From: Spirochaetia bacterium
GTDB lineage: Bacteria > Spirochaetota > Spirochaetia > SZUA-6 > Bin103
Assembly (NCBI GenBank): GCA_965203905.1
Contig: CBDBDQ010000005.1
Span: forward strand, 5,760,001-5,824,000
DNA: 64,000 nucleotides
Direction: 5' to 3'
Shown here: positions 1 to 10,481 of the stretch, piece after piece
Numbering within the stretch: position 1 is the first letter of the stretch
Layout: the number at the start of each line of letters is the position of its first letter
The notes under the pieces: model-generated
What the model saw: the letters and a program-made list of their open reading frames with translations, nothing else
Told to the model about the DNA's origin: nothing
Database searches by the model: none
Position numbers and translations under genes: made by a program

Positions 1-170
1 TTGAATTCGGGGTCCTGTTGACCGTTGGCACTTAGCTCCCGCCGCGCTATGGGCAATCCCGCGCCCCACTGCTGGACCAGGTTGAGCACTCGCATTGCCT
101 CGGCCAGCAACGGGTTGCGGTAAGCGACGAACCCCGCCAGACCGAAGTTCTCTGGGGAACGGCGAACCAT
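1..170 (-). pseudogene. C-terminal fragment of an AlbA/HATPase_c_4-type ATP-binding protein, running off the window edge
   Basis: Manual translation from ATG 170: MVRRSPENFGLAGFVAYRNPLLAEAMRVLNLVQQWGAGLPIARRELSANGQQDPEF. This resembles the YRNPxLAEAM..LVQxxGxG C-terminal motif of that family. There is no room for the N-terminal domains before iolE. Confidence 0.5.
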
Positions 171-248
171 GGCGCTGGTCAAGCCGACTACTGCTATTGC
201 TGCTCCGTGGCCGTGCGCCGCGCGCCATTTGCGGTGTATTCTCCGTCC

Positions 249-1160
249 ATGGCTGTTCAGCTTGGGATTGCGCCGATTGGCTGGAGCAACGACGATCTGC
301 CACAGCTCGGCGGCGATACGCCGCTGGAGACCTGTCTCAGCGAGAGCAGGCTGGCCGGCTTCACCGGGGTCGAGTCGGGCGGCAAGTTTCCCATGGACGC
401 TGCGGCTCTCGGCCCGAAACTCCGTGCCCACGACCTGCAGTTGGCGTCCGGCTGGTTCTCGGGGCGGCTCCTGGAAGGCTCGGTGGCCCGTGAACGGGAG
501 CGCATCGAGCAGCAGCTCGCGACCTTCGCCGCGCTGGGAGCACCGGTCCTGGTGTACGCGGAGACCACCGGCACCATTCAGGCTGCCCAGGACACGCCGG
601 TCAGCCGGCGCCCCACCCTGGACCGCGCCCAGTTCCCCGACTACGGCCGCCGGCTCACCGAGCTGGCCGGGTACCTGGCCTCCCGCGGCGTGCCGATGAG
701 CTATCATCCCCACATGGGCACGGTGATCGAGACCGAGGAGGAAGTGGACCTGCTGATAGAGCACACCGGCCCGGCGGTGGGGCTGCTGCTGGACACCGGG
801 CACCTGGTGTTCGCCGGTGGCGACCCGCTGGCCCTGGCGCGGCGCCACGCCGCGCGGATCAACCACGTGCACTGCAAGGACATTCGCGCCGAGGTGCTGG
901 CCCAGGTGCGGGACCGCGACATGAGCTTTCTGGACGCAGTGCTGGCGGGCGTGTTCACCGTGCCCGGCGACGGCAGCATCGACTTCCGCGCGGTCGCCCG
1001 GCTGCTGGCGGAGATTCGTTACGCCGGATGGGTGGTGGTGGAGGCGGAGCAGGACCCGGCCAAGGCCAACCCGCTCACCTACGCGCGCATCGGCTACGCC
1101 GAGCTGAGCGCCGCCCTGGCGGAGGCCGGCGTCGAGGTCAGCGAGGGAAGCGCGGGATGA
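249..1160 (+). CDS. iolE: myo-inosose-2 dehydratase
   Basis: GIAPIGWSNDDLP N-terminus, YHPHMGT, LLDTGH, HVHCKD and VVEAEQDP motifs. Confidence 0.9.
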   Translation: MAVQLGIAPIGWSNDDLPQLGGDTPLETCLSESRLAGFTGVESGGKFPMDAAALGPKLRAHDLQLASGWFSGRLLEGSVARERERIEQQLATFAALGAPVLVYAETTGTIQAAQDTPVSRRPTLDRAQFPDYGRRLTELAGYLASRGVPMSYHPHMGTVIETEEEVDLLIEHTGPAVGLLLDTGHLVFAGGDPLALARRHAARINHVHCKDIRAEVLAQVRDRDMSFLDAVLAGVFTVPGDGSIDFRAVARLLAEIRYAGWVVVEAEQDPAKANPLTYARIGYAELSAALAEAGVEVSEGSAG

Positions 1161-2449
1161 TTTTCAAGTCGGAGCAGGTCGCCGCGCAGTGGGACACCTG
1201 GTGCTACCACCATGCCGGGACCTGGTACCTCTACTACCTGATCACCGAGAGCAGCGCCGGCGAGGGATTCGGCGTGGCCACCTCTGCGGACGGGGTGCAC
1301 TGGGAAGATCACGGCTGGGCGATCCGCGCCTCGGACGACATGGTGCGCTACCTGGGGACCGGTTCGGTGTGGCGCGACCCGGCGCCCGACGGCCGGTTCC
1401 TGTGCAACTACAGCGAGTGGCGGCTCGACGACGAGGGCGAGCCGCGCCAGAACATCCTGTTCGCCCGGTCGGAGGACCTGCTGCGGTGGCACAAGTTCGG
1501 CGACCCGCACCTGTTTGCCATCGACGAGGGGCTGTACGAGCGCTACGGGCGCTGGGACTGCATCAATACGCTGCCGCGCGCCGCCGGCGGCTACCGCGGC
1601 ACCTGGACCGCCACCCCGCGCGGGCGGCGGGCGGGACTGCGCGGCGGCATCGGCATCGGCATCAGCGACGACGGCGTGCACTGGCGGGCTCTCCCCCCGG
1701 CCGCGGTCCGGCCCGATGCCGACGAGTCGGGCGCCATGGTGGAAGCGGGAGGTACACTGCATGCGATGTTCGGGCGCGACCACACCATGACGGCCTACAC
1801 GGCGCAGCACTTCGCCGGCCCCTACCGGATGGCGCCAAAGAATCCCCTGCTGCTGGCCCGCAACCATGCCTACTTCTCGCGCACCTTCACGGTCGGCGAC
1901 GAGGTGCTGGTGAATCATCACGCGATGGACGGCCGGCGCGTGCCCAGCGGCCGCGTCATCACCTACGCCGCACCGTTCAAGCGCTTCACCGTGGATGAGG
2001 AGGGAGTGCAGCGCTGGCGCTGGTGGCCGGGCAACGCGGCGTTGCGGGGCAGCGCGGTAGATCCGGCGGCACCGCAGTCGTTCGCCCAGGGCCTGGTGGT
2101 GGAGCTGGAGCTCGACCTCGGCGCGGCGCCGCGGATCACCCTGGAGGTGGACGGCCAACCGTACCTGGTGACCGTGCACCGCGACGGGAGGGTGGACTTC
2201 TCGACCGATGCGCCGGGGCTCGACTGGCAGCGCCGCCACGGCGCTGACCGGCAGCTCGGTCTCGGCACCGAGGTAGCCTGCCGCATCCTGGTGCGGCGCG
2301 GCATGCTGGAGCTGTACCTGGACGATCACTTCATGGAGTGCTGGACCATGGGCTGTGCAGAGGCGAAGACGGTGCGCCTGGACCCGGCTGCCACGGCCGG
2401 CGGCTCCGGGGCGCGCGCCTGGTCGATGGACCTTCCGGCGCAGACGTGA
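1157..2449 (+). CDS. GH32/GH43-like five-bladed beta-propeller glycosidase
   Basis: ATGA overlap with iolE; QWDTW, ATSADGVHW and SEDLLRW blade repeats, GTGSV, C-terminal beta-sandwich (ILVRRGMLELYLDD). Confidence 0.65.
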   Translation: MIFKSEQVAAQWDTWCYHHAGTWYLYYLITESSAGEGFGVATSADGVHWEDHGWAIRASDDMVRYLGTGSVWRDPAPDGRFLCNYSEWRLDDEGEPRQNILFARSEDLLRWHKFGDPHLFAIDEGLYERYGRWDCINTLPRAAGGYRGTWTATPRGRRAGLRGGIGIGISDDGVHWRALPPAAVRPDADESGAMVEAGGTLHAMFGRDHTMTAYTAQHFAGPYRMAPKNPLLLARNHAYFSRTFTVGDEVLVNHHAMDGRRVPSGRVITYAAPFKRFTVDEEGVQRWRWWPGNAALRGSAVDPAAPQSFAQGLVVELELDLGAAPRITLEVDGQPYLVTVHRDGRVDFSTDAPGLDWQRRHGADRQLGLGTEVACRILVRRGMLELYLDDHFMECWTMGCAEAKTVRLDPAATAGGSGARAWSMDLPAQT

Positions 2450-3741
2450 TGAAGCGCACACGGTTCACCGGGGCCGAACGTGCCTGGGTGCTGTACGACG
2501 TGGGCAACTCGGCCTACGTGCTGGCGGTCACCACGGCGATCTTCCCGCTGTTCTTCAAGAACGTGGTCGCCGCCGATCTGCCGGGTGCCACCTCTACCGC
2601 CTGGCTGGCGTACGCCAGCAGCGTGTTTACCCTGGTGGTGGCCGTGCTGGCGCTGGTGCTGGGGCCGCTGGCCGACTACGAGGGACGCAAGAAGCGATTC
2701 TTCTCGTTGTTCTTCGGTCTCGGCGTGGTGGCCACCGGGGTCCTGGCGTTCGCCGCCGAGGGGCAGGCGTTCGTGACCCTCGCGGTGTACGTCCTCTCCT
2801 CCATCGGCTTCGCCGGCGCCAACGTGTTCTACGACTCCTTTCTGACCGACGTGACCCCGCCGGAGCGGATGGATCGCCTGTCCAGCGCCGGGTACGCCTG
2901 GGGCTACGTCGGCAGCACGGTGCCGTTCATCGTCGCCATGGCCGTGGTGATGGCCGGCCCGCGCTTCGACCTGCTGTCCACGGTGATGGCGGTGCGGATC
3001 GCGTTTCTGATCGCCGCCGCGTGGTGGGTGGTGTTTACCGTGCCGCTGCTGCGGCGCGTGCGGCAGACGCAGTTCATTCCGCGGGTGGACTCCCCCGTGC
3101 GCGACACTCGGCGCCGGCTCGGGGCCCTGGTGCGCGACCGGCACCGCTACCGCACGGTGTTCGTGTTCCTCATCGCCTACTTCTTCTACATCGACGGCGT
3201 CGGCACCATCATCAAGCTGGCCACCGCCTACGGCACGGACATCGGGCTGTCCGCCAACACCCTGCTGGTGGTGCTGCTGGTGGTGCAGTTCGTGGCCTTT
3301 CCATGCGCCCTGATCTACAGCCGCCTGGCGCGCGCGCGGAGCTCGTCGGTGCGCACCATGCTGCTGGTCGGGATCGGCGTGTACCTGCTGGTGACGCTGC
3401 TGGCGTTCGTCATTCCGCGGCTGCCGGTGGCGTTGCAGGTGCCCACATTCTGGGTCACCTCCATGCTGGTGGCCAGCTCCCAGGGTGGGATCCAGGCCCT
3501 CTCCCGCTCCTACTACGGCCAGCTCATTCCGGCCACGGCGTCGGCCGAGTTTTTCGGCTTCTACAACATGTGCGGCAAGTTCGCCGCCATTATCGGACCG
3601 TTGCTGGTCGGGGTGTTCTCCCAGCTCACCGGCGACTCCAGCATCGGCGTGCTCAGCATCGCCCTGCTGTTCGTGGTCGGCGGCCTGATCCTGGTGCGCG
3701 TTCCGCGGCAGCCGGTACCGGTCGTGCCAGCGGACGGTTGA
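2449..3741 (+). CDS. MFS transporter (UMF1/ATG22-like)
   Basis: AWVLYDVGNSAY, GYAWGYVG, QALSRSYYGQLIP..AEFFGFY motifs; about 12 hydrophobic segments. Confidence 0.85.
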   Translation: MKRTRFTGAERAWVLYDVGNSAYVLAVTTAIFPLFFKNVVAADLPGATSTAWLAYASSVFTLVVAVLALVLGPLADYEGRKKRFFSLFFGLGVVATGVLAFAAEGQAFVTLAVYVLSSIGFAGANVFYDSFLTDVTPPERMDRLSSAGYAWGYVGSTVPFIVAMAVVMAGPRFDLLSTVMAVRIAFLIAAAWWVVFTVPLLRRVRQTQFIPRVDSPVRDTRRRLGALVRDRHRYRTVFVFLIAYFFYIDGVGTIIKLATAYGTDIGLSANTLLVVLLVVQFVAFPCALIYSRLARARSSSVRTMLLVGIGVYLLVTLLAFVIPRLPVALQVPTFWVTSMLVASSQGGIQALSRSYYGQLIPATASAEFFGFYNMCGKFAAIIGPLLVGVFSQLTGDSSIGVLSIALLFVVGGLILVRVPRQPVPVVPADG

Positions 3742-3755
3742 ACACGGGGCGGCAG

Positions 3756-4589
3756 GTGAGCGCTGCGAGGGGCCGCTTGACCGGCAAGGTGGCGCTGGTA
3801 ACCGGCGCCGCGCGGGGACTCGGGCGCGGCTACGCGGTGCGGCTCGCGGAGCTGGGCGCCGACGTCGCCATCGTCGACCGCAACCTGAACGCCGCCGCGG
3901 TGTACGAGTTCGAACGCCGCCGGATGACGGCGGCAAGCGTCACCGAAGAGTGCGCGGCCCGCGGTGTGCGGGCGCTGGGCAGACAGGTGGACCTCACCGA
4001 CCGCACGGCCACCGAGCGGGTGGTGGGAGAGATAGCCGACCGCATGGGCGGCATCGACATCGCCGTCTGCAACGCCGGCGGCGGCACCAGCCGCTTCGCC
4101 GACGAGATTCAGGACGCCATGCCCGCGGCCGGCGACATCAACACCTCCGCCACGGCCAGCGAGTGCCCGCAGGAGACGCTGACCCGGGTGCTGGAGATCA
4201 ACCTCATGACCTGCATGTACACCTGCATGGCGGTGGCGCCCCACATGAAGCGCCGCGGCGGCGGCAGGATCGTGACCGTGGCCAGCACCGCGGGCCTGCA
4301 CGCGGACGCGGGCTACCATCCCTACGGCACCGCCAAGGCGGCGATCGTCCACTACACGCGCGCGCTGGCGCAGGATCTGGGTCCGCACCGCATCAACGTC
4401 AACTGCATCGCACCTGGCATCATCCGCACCGGGCGCCTCGGCGACCGGGCGCATCTCGCGCCGCGCATCCCCCTGCGCCGCGAAGGCACCATCGAGGACT
4501 GCGTCAGGGTGGTGGAGTTTCTCGTGACCGACCTGTCGGACTACGTGACCGGGTGCATCATTCCGATCGACGGCGGCCTGCATCCGTAA
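3756..4589 (+). CDS. SDR family oxidoreductase
   Basis: TGAARGLG, NAGG, YGTAK and VNCIAPG motifs; GTG start inferred within the 2355..4589 ORF. Confidence 0.85.
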   Translation: MSAARGRLTGKVALVTGAARGLGRGYAVRLAELGADVAIVDRNLNAAAVYEFERRRMTAASVTEECAARGVRALGRQVDLTDRTATERVVGEIADRMGGIDIAVCNAGGGTSRFADEIQDAMPAAGDINTSATASECPQETLTRVLEINLMTCMYTCMAVAPHMKRRGGGRIVTVASTAGLHADAGYHPYGTAKAAIVHYTRALAQDLGPHRINVNCIAPGIIRTGRLGDRAHLAPRIPLRREGTIEDCVRVVEFLVTDLSDYVTGCIIPIDGGLHP

Positions 4590-4609
4590 AGGCAAGCCGC
4601 CGCGCCGCG

Positions 4610-6343
4610 TCAGCCACCGGCCAGCGGACTGGTGACGTCGCGAAAGGTCACGCGGCTGGAGGTGACCACGTCGACCACCGTCGTCACGTTCGCCGCGAGC
4701 GCCTGAGCCAGGGCGGCCGGCAGCTCGGCGGGGGACTCCACGCGGATGCCGCGGCAGCCCATCGAACGCGCCACCGCGGCGAAGTCGGTGGCCGCGAACT
4801 CACTGGCGATGACCCGCTGCTGCTGCCCGTGCTTGACCCAGCCGAGGGAGCTGTTGTTGAGCACCACGACCACGATCGGGATTCCCTCGTCGCGCGAGGT
4901 GAGCAGGCCGTTCATGGCCATCCCGAAGCCGCCGTCCCCGGTAACCGCCACCACCTGGCGCCGCGGGTAGATCAGCCGCGCGGCGAGCGCCGCCGGGATG
5001 GCGTAGCCCATGGCGCCGATGCCGGGCATGATCAGCGAGCCGGCGCTGCGGGTCTGGAAGAAGTGGGTCATGAACAGGCGGTTCTCGCCGGCGTCGCAGG
5101 TGATGAACGCGTCCTCGGCGGTGGCGTTGCGGATCTCGGTGAACAGCCGCTGCGGCAGGATCGGAACCTCGTCGGAGTGGTACTCGGGGCCGCCGAAAAA
5201 GTTCTCGGCCTGCCGCGTTGCCTCCAGCGCCGCGGCGCGGGACTCGCGCAGCGCTTCTCCCGGTGCACCCCGTTCGCCGACGGCGGCGTGGAGCTGGGCC
5301 AGCACCAGCGCCGCGTCACCGACGACCGCGTGATCGCAGGGGAACGACCAGCCCGCGTTCTTCGGCTCCACGTCCACCTGGATCAGGGTCTGGCGGCGCG
5401 GGTCGATCAGCTTCGGGTTCTCATTGGCGGTGTCGGAGGATCCCAGCCGCGAGCCGACCACCAGCAGCAGGTCGGCGCGGCCCAGGGTGACGTTGGCCGT
5501 CGCCTGGCCGAAGGTTCCGGCGACGCCCAGGGCCAGCGGATGGGTCTCCGGAAACACGCTCTTGCCGGAAGCGGTGGTGGCCACCGGCGCCGCCAGCAGC
5601 TCGGCCAGCTCCTGCAGCTCGCGGTAGGCCTGGCCGATGCGCACCCCGTTGCCGGCGAGGATCACCGGGCGCCGGGCGGTCGCCAGGGCCCGCGCCGCCG
5701 CCGCGACGTGGGCCGGGTCGCCGTGGCTCTTCGGGGGCAGATAGCGCCGCGTCGGATAGAGCGTGGGACGGCTGTCCGGCCCCACCGTACCGCCCAGGGC
5801 GCGGCTGTGATAGATCACCGCCACCGGTCCCCGTTCGCCGCTCAGGGCGTGCTTGACGGCGAGCTGGGTGCTCTGCACCGCCTGCACGGGGTCGTGGGCC
5901 ACGGTTGCATACTTGGTGACGCCGTCCAGTGCCTTGCGGGTATCGAAGCCGCCGTACTCCCCGGTGCCGCCCTGGTAGGGGGAATGGTGTGAATAGGGCG
6001 CCTGATCCGAGAGGTCGGTCAGCAGCAGCAGCGGCGAGCTGCCCATGTGTGCCTCCAGGGTGCCCAGCAGCGCATTGGCGAGCATGAAGGCGCCCTGCCC
6101 GATCGCCACCCCGGGGCGCCCGGTGAGGCGGCCGTACACCTCCGCCATCACGCTCGCCAACTGCTCGTGGCGCACCAGCACCGCGCGAATCGTCTCCTGG
6201 TGATCGTAGAGGGCGTCGTAGAGGCGCCCCATGTTGCCGCCGATGATGCCGAATACCAGGTCGATGCCGGCATCCTCGAGCGCCCGCACGATGCCCTCGG
6301 TGGCGGACACTTCCGCCGTCAACAACTGTTCCGTGGTTGCCAT
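4610..6343 (-). CDS. Thiamine-diphosphate-dependent enzyme (acetolactate synthase large-subunit-like)
   Basis: VRHEQ and GDGGFGM...NNS ThDP-binding motif. Confidence 0.85.
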   Translation of the reverse strand: MATTEQLLTAEVSATEGIVRALEDAGIDLVFGIIGGNMGRLYDALYDHQETIRAVLVRHEQLASVMAEVYGRLTGRPGVAIGQGAFMLANALLGTLEAHMGSSPLLLLTDLSDQAPYSHHSPYQGGTGEYGGFDTRKALDGVTKYATVAHDPVQAVQSTQLAVKHALSGERGPVAVIYHSRALGGTVGPDSRPTLYPTRRYLPPKSHGDPAHVAAAARALATARRPVILAGNGVRIGQAYRELQELAELLAAPVATTASGKSVFPETHPLALGVAGTFGQATANVTLGRADLLLVVGSRLGSSDTANENPKLIDPRRQTLIQVDVEPKNAGWSFPCDHAVVGDAALVLAQLHAAVGERGAPGEALRESRAAALEATRQAENFFGGPEYHSDEVPILPQRLFTEIRNATAEDAFITCDAGENRLFMTHFFQTRSAGSLIMPGIGAMGYAIPAALAARLIYPRRQVVAVTGDGGFGMAMNGLLTSRDEGIPIVVVVLNNSSLGWVKHGQQQRVIASEFAATDFAAVARSMGCRGIRVESPAELPAALAQALAANVTTVVDVVTSSRVTFRDVTSPLAGG

Positions 6344-6384
6344 GTCCCTGCAACTCTACATTGATTTGGTATGCTGCTGCCGGC

Positions 6385-7833
6385 GTGCTGCTGACCATCA
6401 CCACGACCCACCGGCCGGCTACCGACCTCGGTTACCTGCTGCACAAGCACCCGGCCCGGGTGCAGACCTTCGAGCTCACGTTCGGCGCCGCCCACGTGTG
6501 CTACCCGGAGGCGACCGCCGAGCGCTGCACCGCGGCGTTGCTGCTGGACGTAGACCCGGTGGCGCTGGTGCGCGGGCGGCAGCGCCGGGGCGGTGCAGGC
6601 CTGCTGGCGCAGTATGTCAACGACCGGCCGTACGTGGCCTCATCGTTTCTCAGCGTGGCGATCGCCCAGGTGTTCGGCAGCGCCCTCGGCGGCCGTTGCG
6701 CGCAGCGACCGGAGCTGGCAGGCCGTGAGTTGCCGCTGACCGCCACGGTCGCCGCCCTCCCCTGTCGCCGCGGCGAAGAGATGGTGCATCGCCTGTTCGA
6801 GCCACTCGGCTACCAGGTAGCCCTGGAGCACCCGGAAGCGGAGCGCGCGGAGGGAGACCCCGAGTGCGGTCCGTATCGCAACCTGAGGCTGGCCGGTGCC
6901 AAGCGCCTGGCCGAACTGCTCACCCACCTGTACGTCCTGATCCCGGTGCTCGACGAAGGGAAGCACTACTGGGTGGGCAGCGATGAAGTGGAAAAACTGC
7001 TGCGGCGCGGGGCCGGTTGGCTGGCCGGCCACCCGCAGCGGGAGCTGATTGCACAGCGTTATCTGCGCCGCCAGCGCAGCCTGGCGCGCGAGGCCCTGCA
7101 GCGGCTCTCCGAGGGCGACGAGGAAGGCGACGAGATGGATACGCCGGAGGCTGGCGGCGCACCGGACCCGGGCGGCGCTCCGGCTGCGCGGCGGGCGACG
7201 GCGCGGGACGAGCTGCCGGAGCGGTCCGCCCGGCTGCACGAGTTGCGCATCGAAGCCGTGGCGCAGATCCTGGATCGTAGCGGTGCGGTCCGGGTGCTGG
7301 ATCTCGGCTGCGGCGAGGGGCGGTTGCTGCTGCGGCTCCTGCACAACAGCCGATTCCGCGTGATCACCGGCGTCGACGTCTCGGTCCGGGCGTTGGAGAT
7401 TGCCGCCCAGCGCCTCGAACGCAAGTGGCTGCCGGAGGCGGCACGGCAGCGCGTCACGCTCCTGCACGGCGCCCTGACCTATCGGGACAAGCGTTTGGCA
7501 GGCTACGACGCCGCGGCGGTGGTAGAGGTGATCGAGCATCTCGACGCGGCGCGGCTGGCAGCGTTCGAGCGGGTGCTGTTCGCCGCCGCGCGACCCGCTA
7601 CCGTCGTCATCACCACTCCCAACCGGGAGTACAACGCCAACTTCCCGAATCTCGCCGCCGGGGCGTTGCGGCATCCGGACCACTGTTTCGAGTGGACCCG
7701 TGCGGAGTTCGCACACTGGGCCGAGCGTGTCGCCGCCGCACACGGTTACCGGGTGGCGATCGAATCCGTCGGCGCGGTCGATCCGGAGCGTGGCGCGCCC
7801 ACGCAGATGGGGATCTTCACGGCGGCATCGTGA
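6385..7833 (+). CDS. hen1: 3'-terminal RNA ribose 2'-O-methyltransferase Hen1
   Basis: MLLTITTTHRPATDLGYLLHKHP N-terminal domain, QYVNDRPY, VLDLGCGEG, EVIEH and TTPNREYN motifs; extended -10-like TGGTATGCT just upstream. Confidence 0.93.
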   Translation: MLLTITTTHRPATDLGYLLHKHPARVQTFELTFGAAHVCYPEATAERCTAALLLDVDPVALVRGRQRRGGAGLLAQYVNDRPYVASSFLSVAIAQVFGSALGGRCAQRPELAGRELPLTATVAALPCRRGEEMVHRLFEPLGYQVALEHPEAERAEGDPECGPYRNLRLAGAKRLAELLTHLYVLIPVLDEGKHYWVGSDEVEKLLRRGAGWLAGHPQRELIAQRYLRRQRSLAREALQRLSEGDEEGDEMDTPEAGGAPDPGGAPAARRATARDELPERSARLHELRIEAVAQILDRSGAVRVLDLGCGEGRLLLRLLHNSRFRVITGVDVSVRALEIAAQRLERKWLPEAARQRVTLLHGALTYRDKRLAGYDAAAVVEVIEHLDAARLAAFERVLFAAARPATVVITTPNREYNANFPNLAAGALRHPDHCFEWTRAEFAHWAERVAAAHGYRVAIESVGAVDPERGAPTQMGIFTAAS

Positions 7834-10391
7834 CGGTGGCCATTCCACAGTTCTGCCTGGTGGTGCTGATGGGAGCCTCGGGCGCGGGCAAATCCAGCTT
7901 TGCGCGGCGCCACTTCGCGGCTACCGAGGTACTCTCCTCCGACTTCTGCCGCGCACTGGTGAGCGACGACGAGACCGCTCAGCAGGCCAGCGACGCCGCC
8001 TTCGAGGTGCTCCACTTCATCGCGCGGAAGCGCCTCTCCGGACGCCGGCTGACGGTGGTCGACGCCACCAACGTGCGCAGCGAGGACCGCCGGCACCTGG
8101 TCGCGCTGGCGCGCGAGTTCCACGCGCTGCCGGTGGCAGTGGCGTTCGATCTGCCCGAAAGCATCTGCAAGGAGCGCAACCGCACCCGCCACGACCGCAA
8201 CTTCGGTCGCCACGTGGTGCGCAACCAGAGACGCCTGCTGCGCCGCTCCCTGCGCGGGCTGCGCCGTGAGGGCTTCCGCTACGAGTACCGCTTCCGGTCA
8301 CCGGATGAGGTGGAGGCGGCGGTAATCGAGCGCCGGCCGTTGTGGAGCGACCGCCGCGCCGACCGGGGGCCGTTCGACATCATCGGCGACCTGCACGGCT
8401 GCTTTGACGAGCTGAGCGGTCTGCTGAGCGAGCTCGGCTACGAGGTCAGGGAGGGCGACGGCGACACGGCGAACGGCGGCTACCAGGTGACCCACCCCGC
8501 TGGCCGGCGTCTCGTGTTTCTCGGCGACCTGGTGGATCGTGGGCCGCGCAGCGTGGCCTGCCTGCGGCTGGTGATGGACGCCGCGTCCACGGGAAGCGCC
8601 CTGTGCGTGCCGGGCAACCACGACGTGAAGCTGCTGCGCAAGCTGCGCGGCCGCGACGTGAAGCTGACCCACGGCCTGGCGCAGACCCTGGAGCAGCTTG
8701 CGGCCGAGGCGCCGGAATGGCGCGTCCGGGTGGCGGAGTTCATCGACTCGCTGGTGAGCCACTACGAGTTGGACGGCGGGCGGCTGGTGGTGGCCCACGC
8801 CGGCATGAAGGAGGAGTTGCAGGGCCGTGCCTCCAGCGCCGTGCGTGCGTTCGCCCTGTACGGCGAGTCCACGGGAGAGAGCGACGACTTCGGCCTGCCG
8901 GTGCGCTACCCGTGGGCAGGGGACTATCGGGGCCGGGCGCAGGTGGTCTACGGCCACACGCCGGTCCCCGTAGCCGAGTGGCTCAACCGCACCATCTGCA
9001 TCGACACCGGCTGCGTGTTCGGCGGCCGTCTGACCGCCCTGCGCTACCCGGAGAACGAGCTGGTCTCGGTGCCGGCGGCGCGTACCTACGCCGAGCCGTC
9101 GCGACCGCTGGCGGCGGCCGGCGGGGATGCGCTGAGCGCGCAGCAGGCGCACGACGACCTGCTCGACCTGGACGACGTGGCCGGCAAGCGCGTGATCGCC
9201 ACGCGGCTGCGCGGCAACGTGACCGTGCGCGCCGAGAACGCCGCCGCCGCTCTGGAAGTGATGAGCCGCTTCGCGGTCGATCCCAAGTGGCTCATCTACC
9301 TGCCGCCTACCATGGCTCCGGGCGACACCGCGGCCACGGAAGACCTGCTGGAGCACCCGCAGCAGGCGTTCGACTACTACGCCGGCCACGGCGTGCGCCG
9401 GGTGGTGTGTCAGCAGAAGCACATGGGCTCGCGCGCGGTGATGGTGGTGTGCCGCAACCGCGAGGCTGCGCGGCGGCGATTCGGCGTCGCCAGTGATGAC
9501 AGCGGCATGATCCATACCCGTACCGGCCGCCGCTTCTTCGCCAGCGCCGAGTGGGAGCGCAGCGTCCTGGAACGGATGCGGACGGCGCTCACGGCGCGGG
9601 GGTTCTGGCAGCGCTTCGCCTCCGAGTGGTTCTGTATCGACTGCGAGCTGATGCCGTGGTCGGCCAAGGCCGGAGCACTGCTGCGGCAGCAGTACGGACC
9701 GGTCGCGGCAGCCGGCCGCAACGGGCTGGCGGCTGCCGTGGCAGCGCTGCGACAGGCGGAGGAACGCGGCGTCGAGACCCGGAGCCTGCTGCAGCGGTAC
9801 CGTGCCCGCGCCGCGCGGGTGAACGCCTACACGGAAGCCTACCGCCGCTACTGCTGGCCGGTGGCTGCGGTGGACGACCTCCAACTTGCCCCGTTCCACC
9901 TGCTGGCGAGCGAGGGCACCGTGCATGCGGACAAGGATCACGACTGGCACCTGGACACCCTCGCCGAGCTGTCGTGCGACGGGATCGTGGTGCCGACGCA
10001 GGCCAAGGTGGTGGAGGTGGCGGACTCCGACAGCCGTGCCGCCGCCACCGAGTGGTGGCAGGAACTGACCGCCGCGGGCGGCGAGGGCATGGTGATCAAG
10101 CCGTGGCGGTTCGTGGCGACCGGTACCCGTGGCCTGATTCAGCCGGCGCTCAAGTGCCGCGGCCGTGAGTACCTGCGCATCATCTACGGGCCGGAGTACA
10201 CGGCGCCGGAACACCTGGCGCGGCTGCGCGAACGCGGGGTCGGCACCAAGCGTTCCCTGGCCTTGCGCGAATTCGCCCTCGGTATCGAGGCGCTGGAGCG
10301 ATTCGTGCGCGGCGAGCCGCTGCGTCGCGTTCACGAGTGCGTGTTCGCCGTCCTGGCCCTCGAATCGCAACCGGTCGACCCGCGACTGTGA
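7830..10391 (+). CDS. pnkp: Polynucleotide kinase-phosphatase-ligase Pnkp
   Basis: GTGA overlap with hen1; kinase GASGAGKS, metallophosphoesterase GDLHG/GDLVDRG/GNHD/GHT, ligase KHMGSR and EGMVIKP. Confidence 0.93.
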   Translation: MTVAIPQFCLVVLMGASGAGKSSFARRHFAATEVLSSDFCRALVSDDETAQQASDAAFEVLHFIARKRLSGRRLTVVDATNVRSEDRRHLVALAREFHALPVAVAFDLPESICKERNRTRHDRNFGRHVVRNQRRLLRRSLRGLRREGFRYEYRFRSPDEVEAAVIERRPLWSDRRADRGPFDIIGDLHGCFDELSGLLSELGYEVREGDGDTANGGYQVTHPAGRRLVFLGDLVDRGPRSVACLRLVMDAASTGSALCVPGNHDVKLLRKLRGRDVKLTHGLAQTLEQLAAEAPEWRVRVAEFIDSLVSHYELDGGRLVVAHAGMKEELQGRASSAVRAFALYGESTGESDDFGLPVRYPWAGDYRGRAQVVYGHTPVPVAEWLNRTICIDTGCVFGGRLTALRYPENELVSVPAARTYAEPSRPLAAAGGDALSAQQAHDDLLDLDDVAGKRVIATRLRGNVTVRAENAAAALEVMSRFAVDPKWLIYLPPTMAPGDTAATEDLLEHPQQAFDYYAGHGVRRVVCQQKHMGSRAVMVVCRNREAARRRFGVASDDSGMIHTRTGRRFFASAEWERSVLERMRTALTARGFWQRFASEWFCIDCELMPWSAKAGALLRQQYGPVAAAGRNGLAAAVAALRQAEERGVETRSLLQRYRARAARVNAYTEAYRRYCWPVAAVDDLQLAPFHLLASEGTVHADKDHDWHLDTLAELSCDGIVVPTQAKVVEVADSDSRAAATEWWQELTAAGGEGMVIKPWRFVATGTRGLIQPALKCRGREYLRIIYGPEYTAPEHLARLRERGVGTKRSLALREFALGIEALERFVRGEPLRRVHECVFAVLALESQPVDPRL

Positions 10392-10481
10392 CCCACACAG
10401 CCCAACCGTGCACACCGGGCAAGGTCGGGCCGGGCGGTGTGGACCGGACGGCCGGTCAGCGAGTAGGATCCGCGCACCGAC

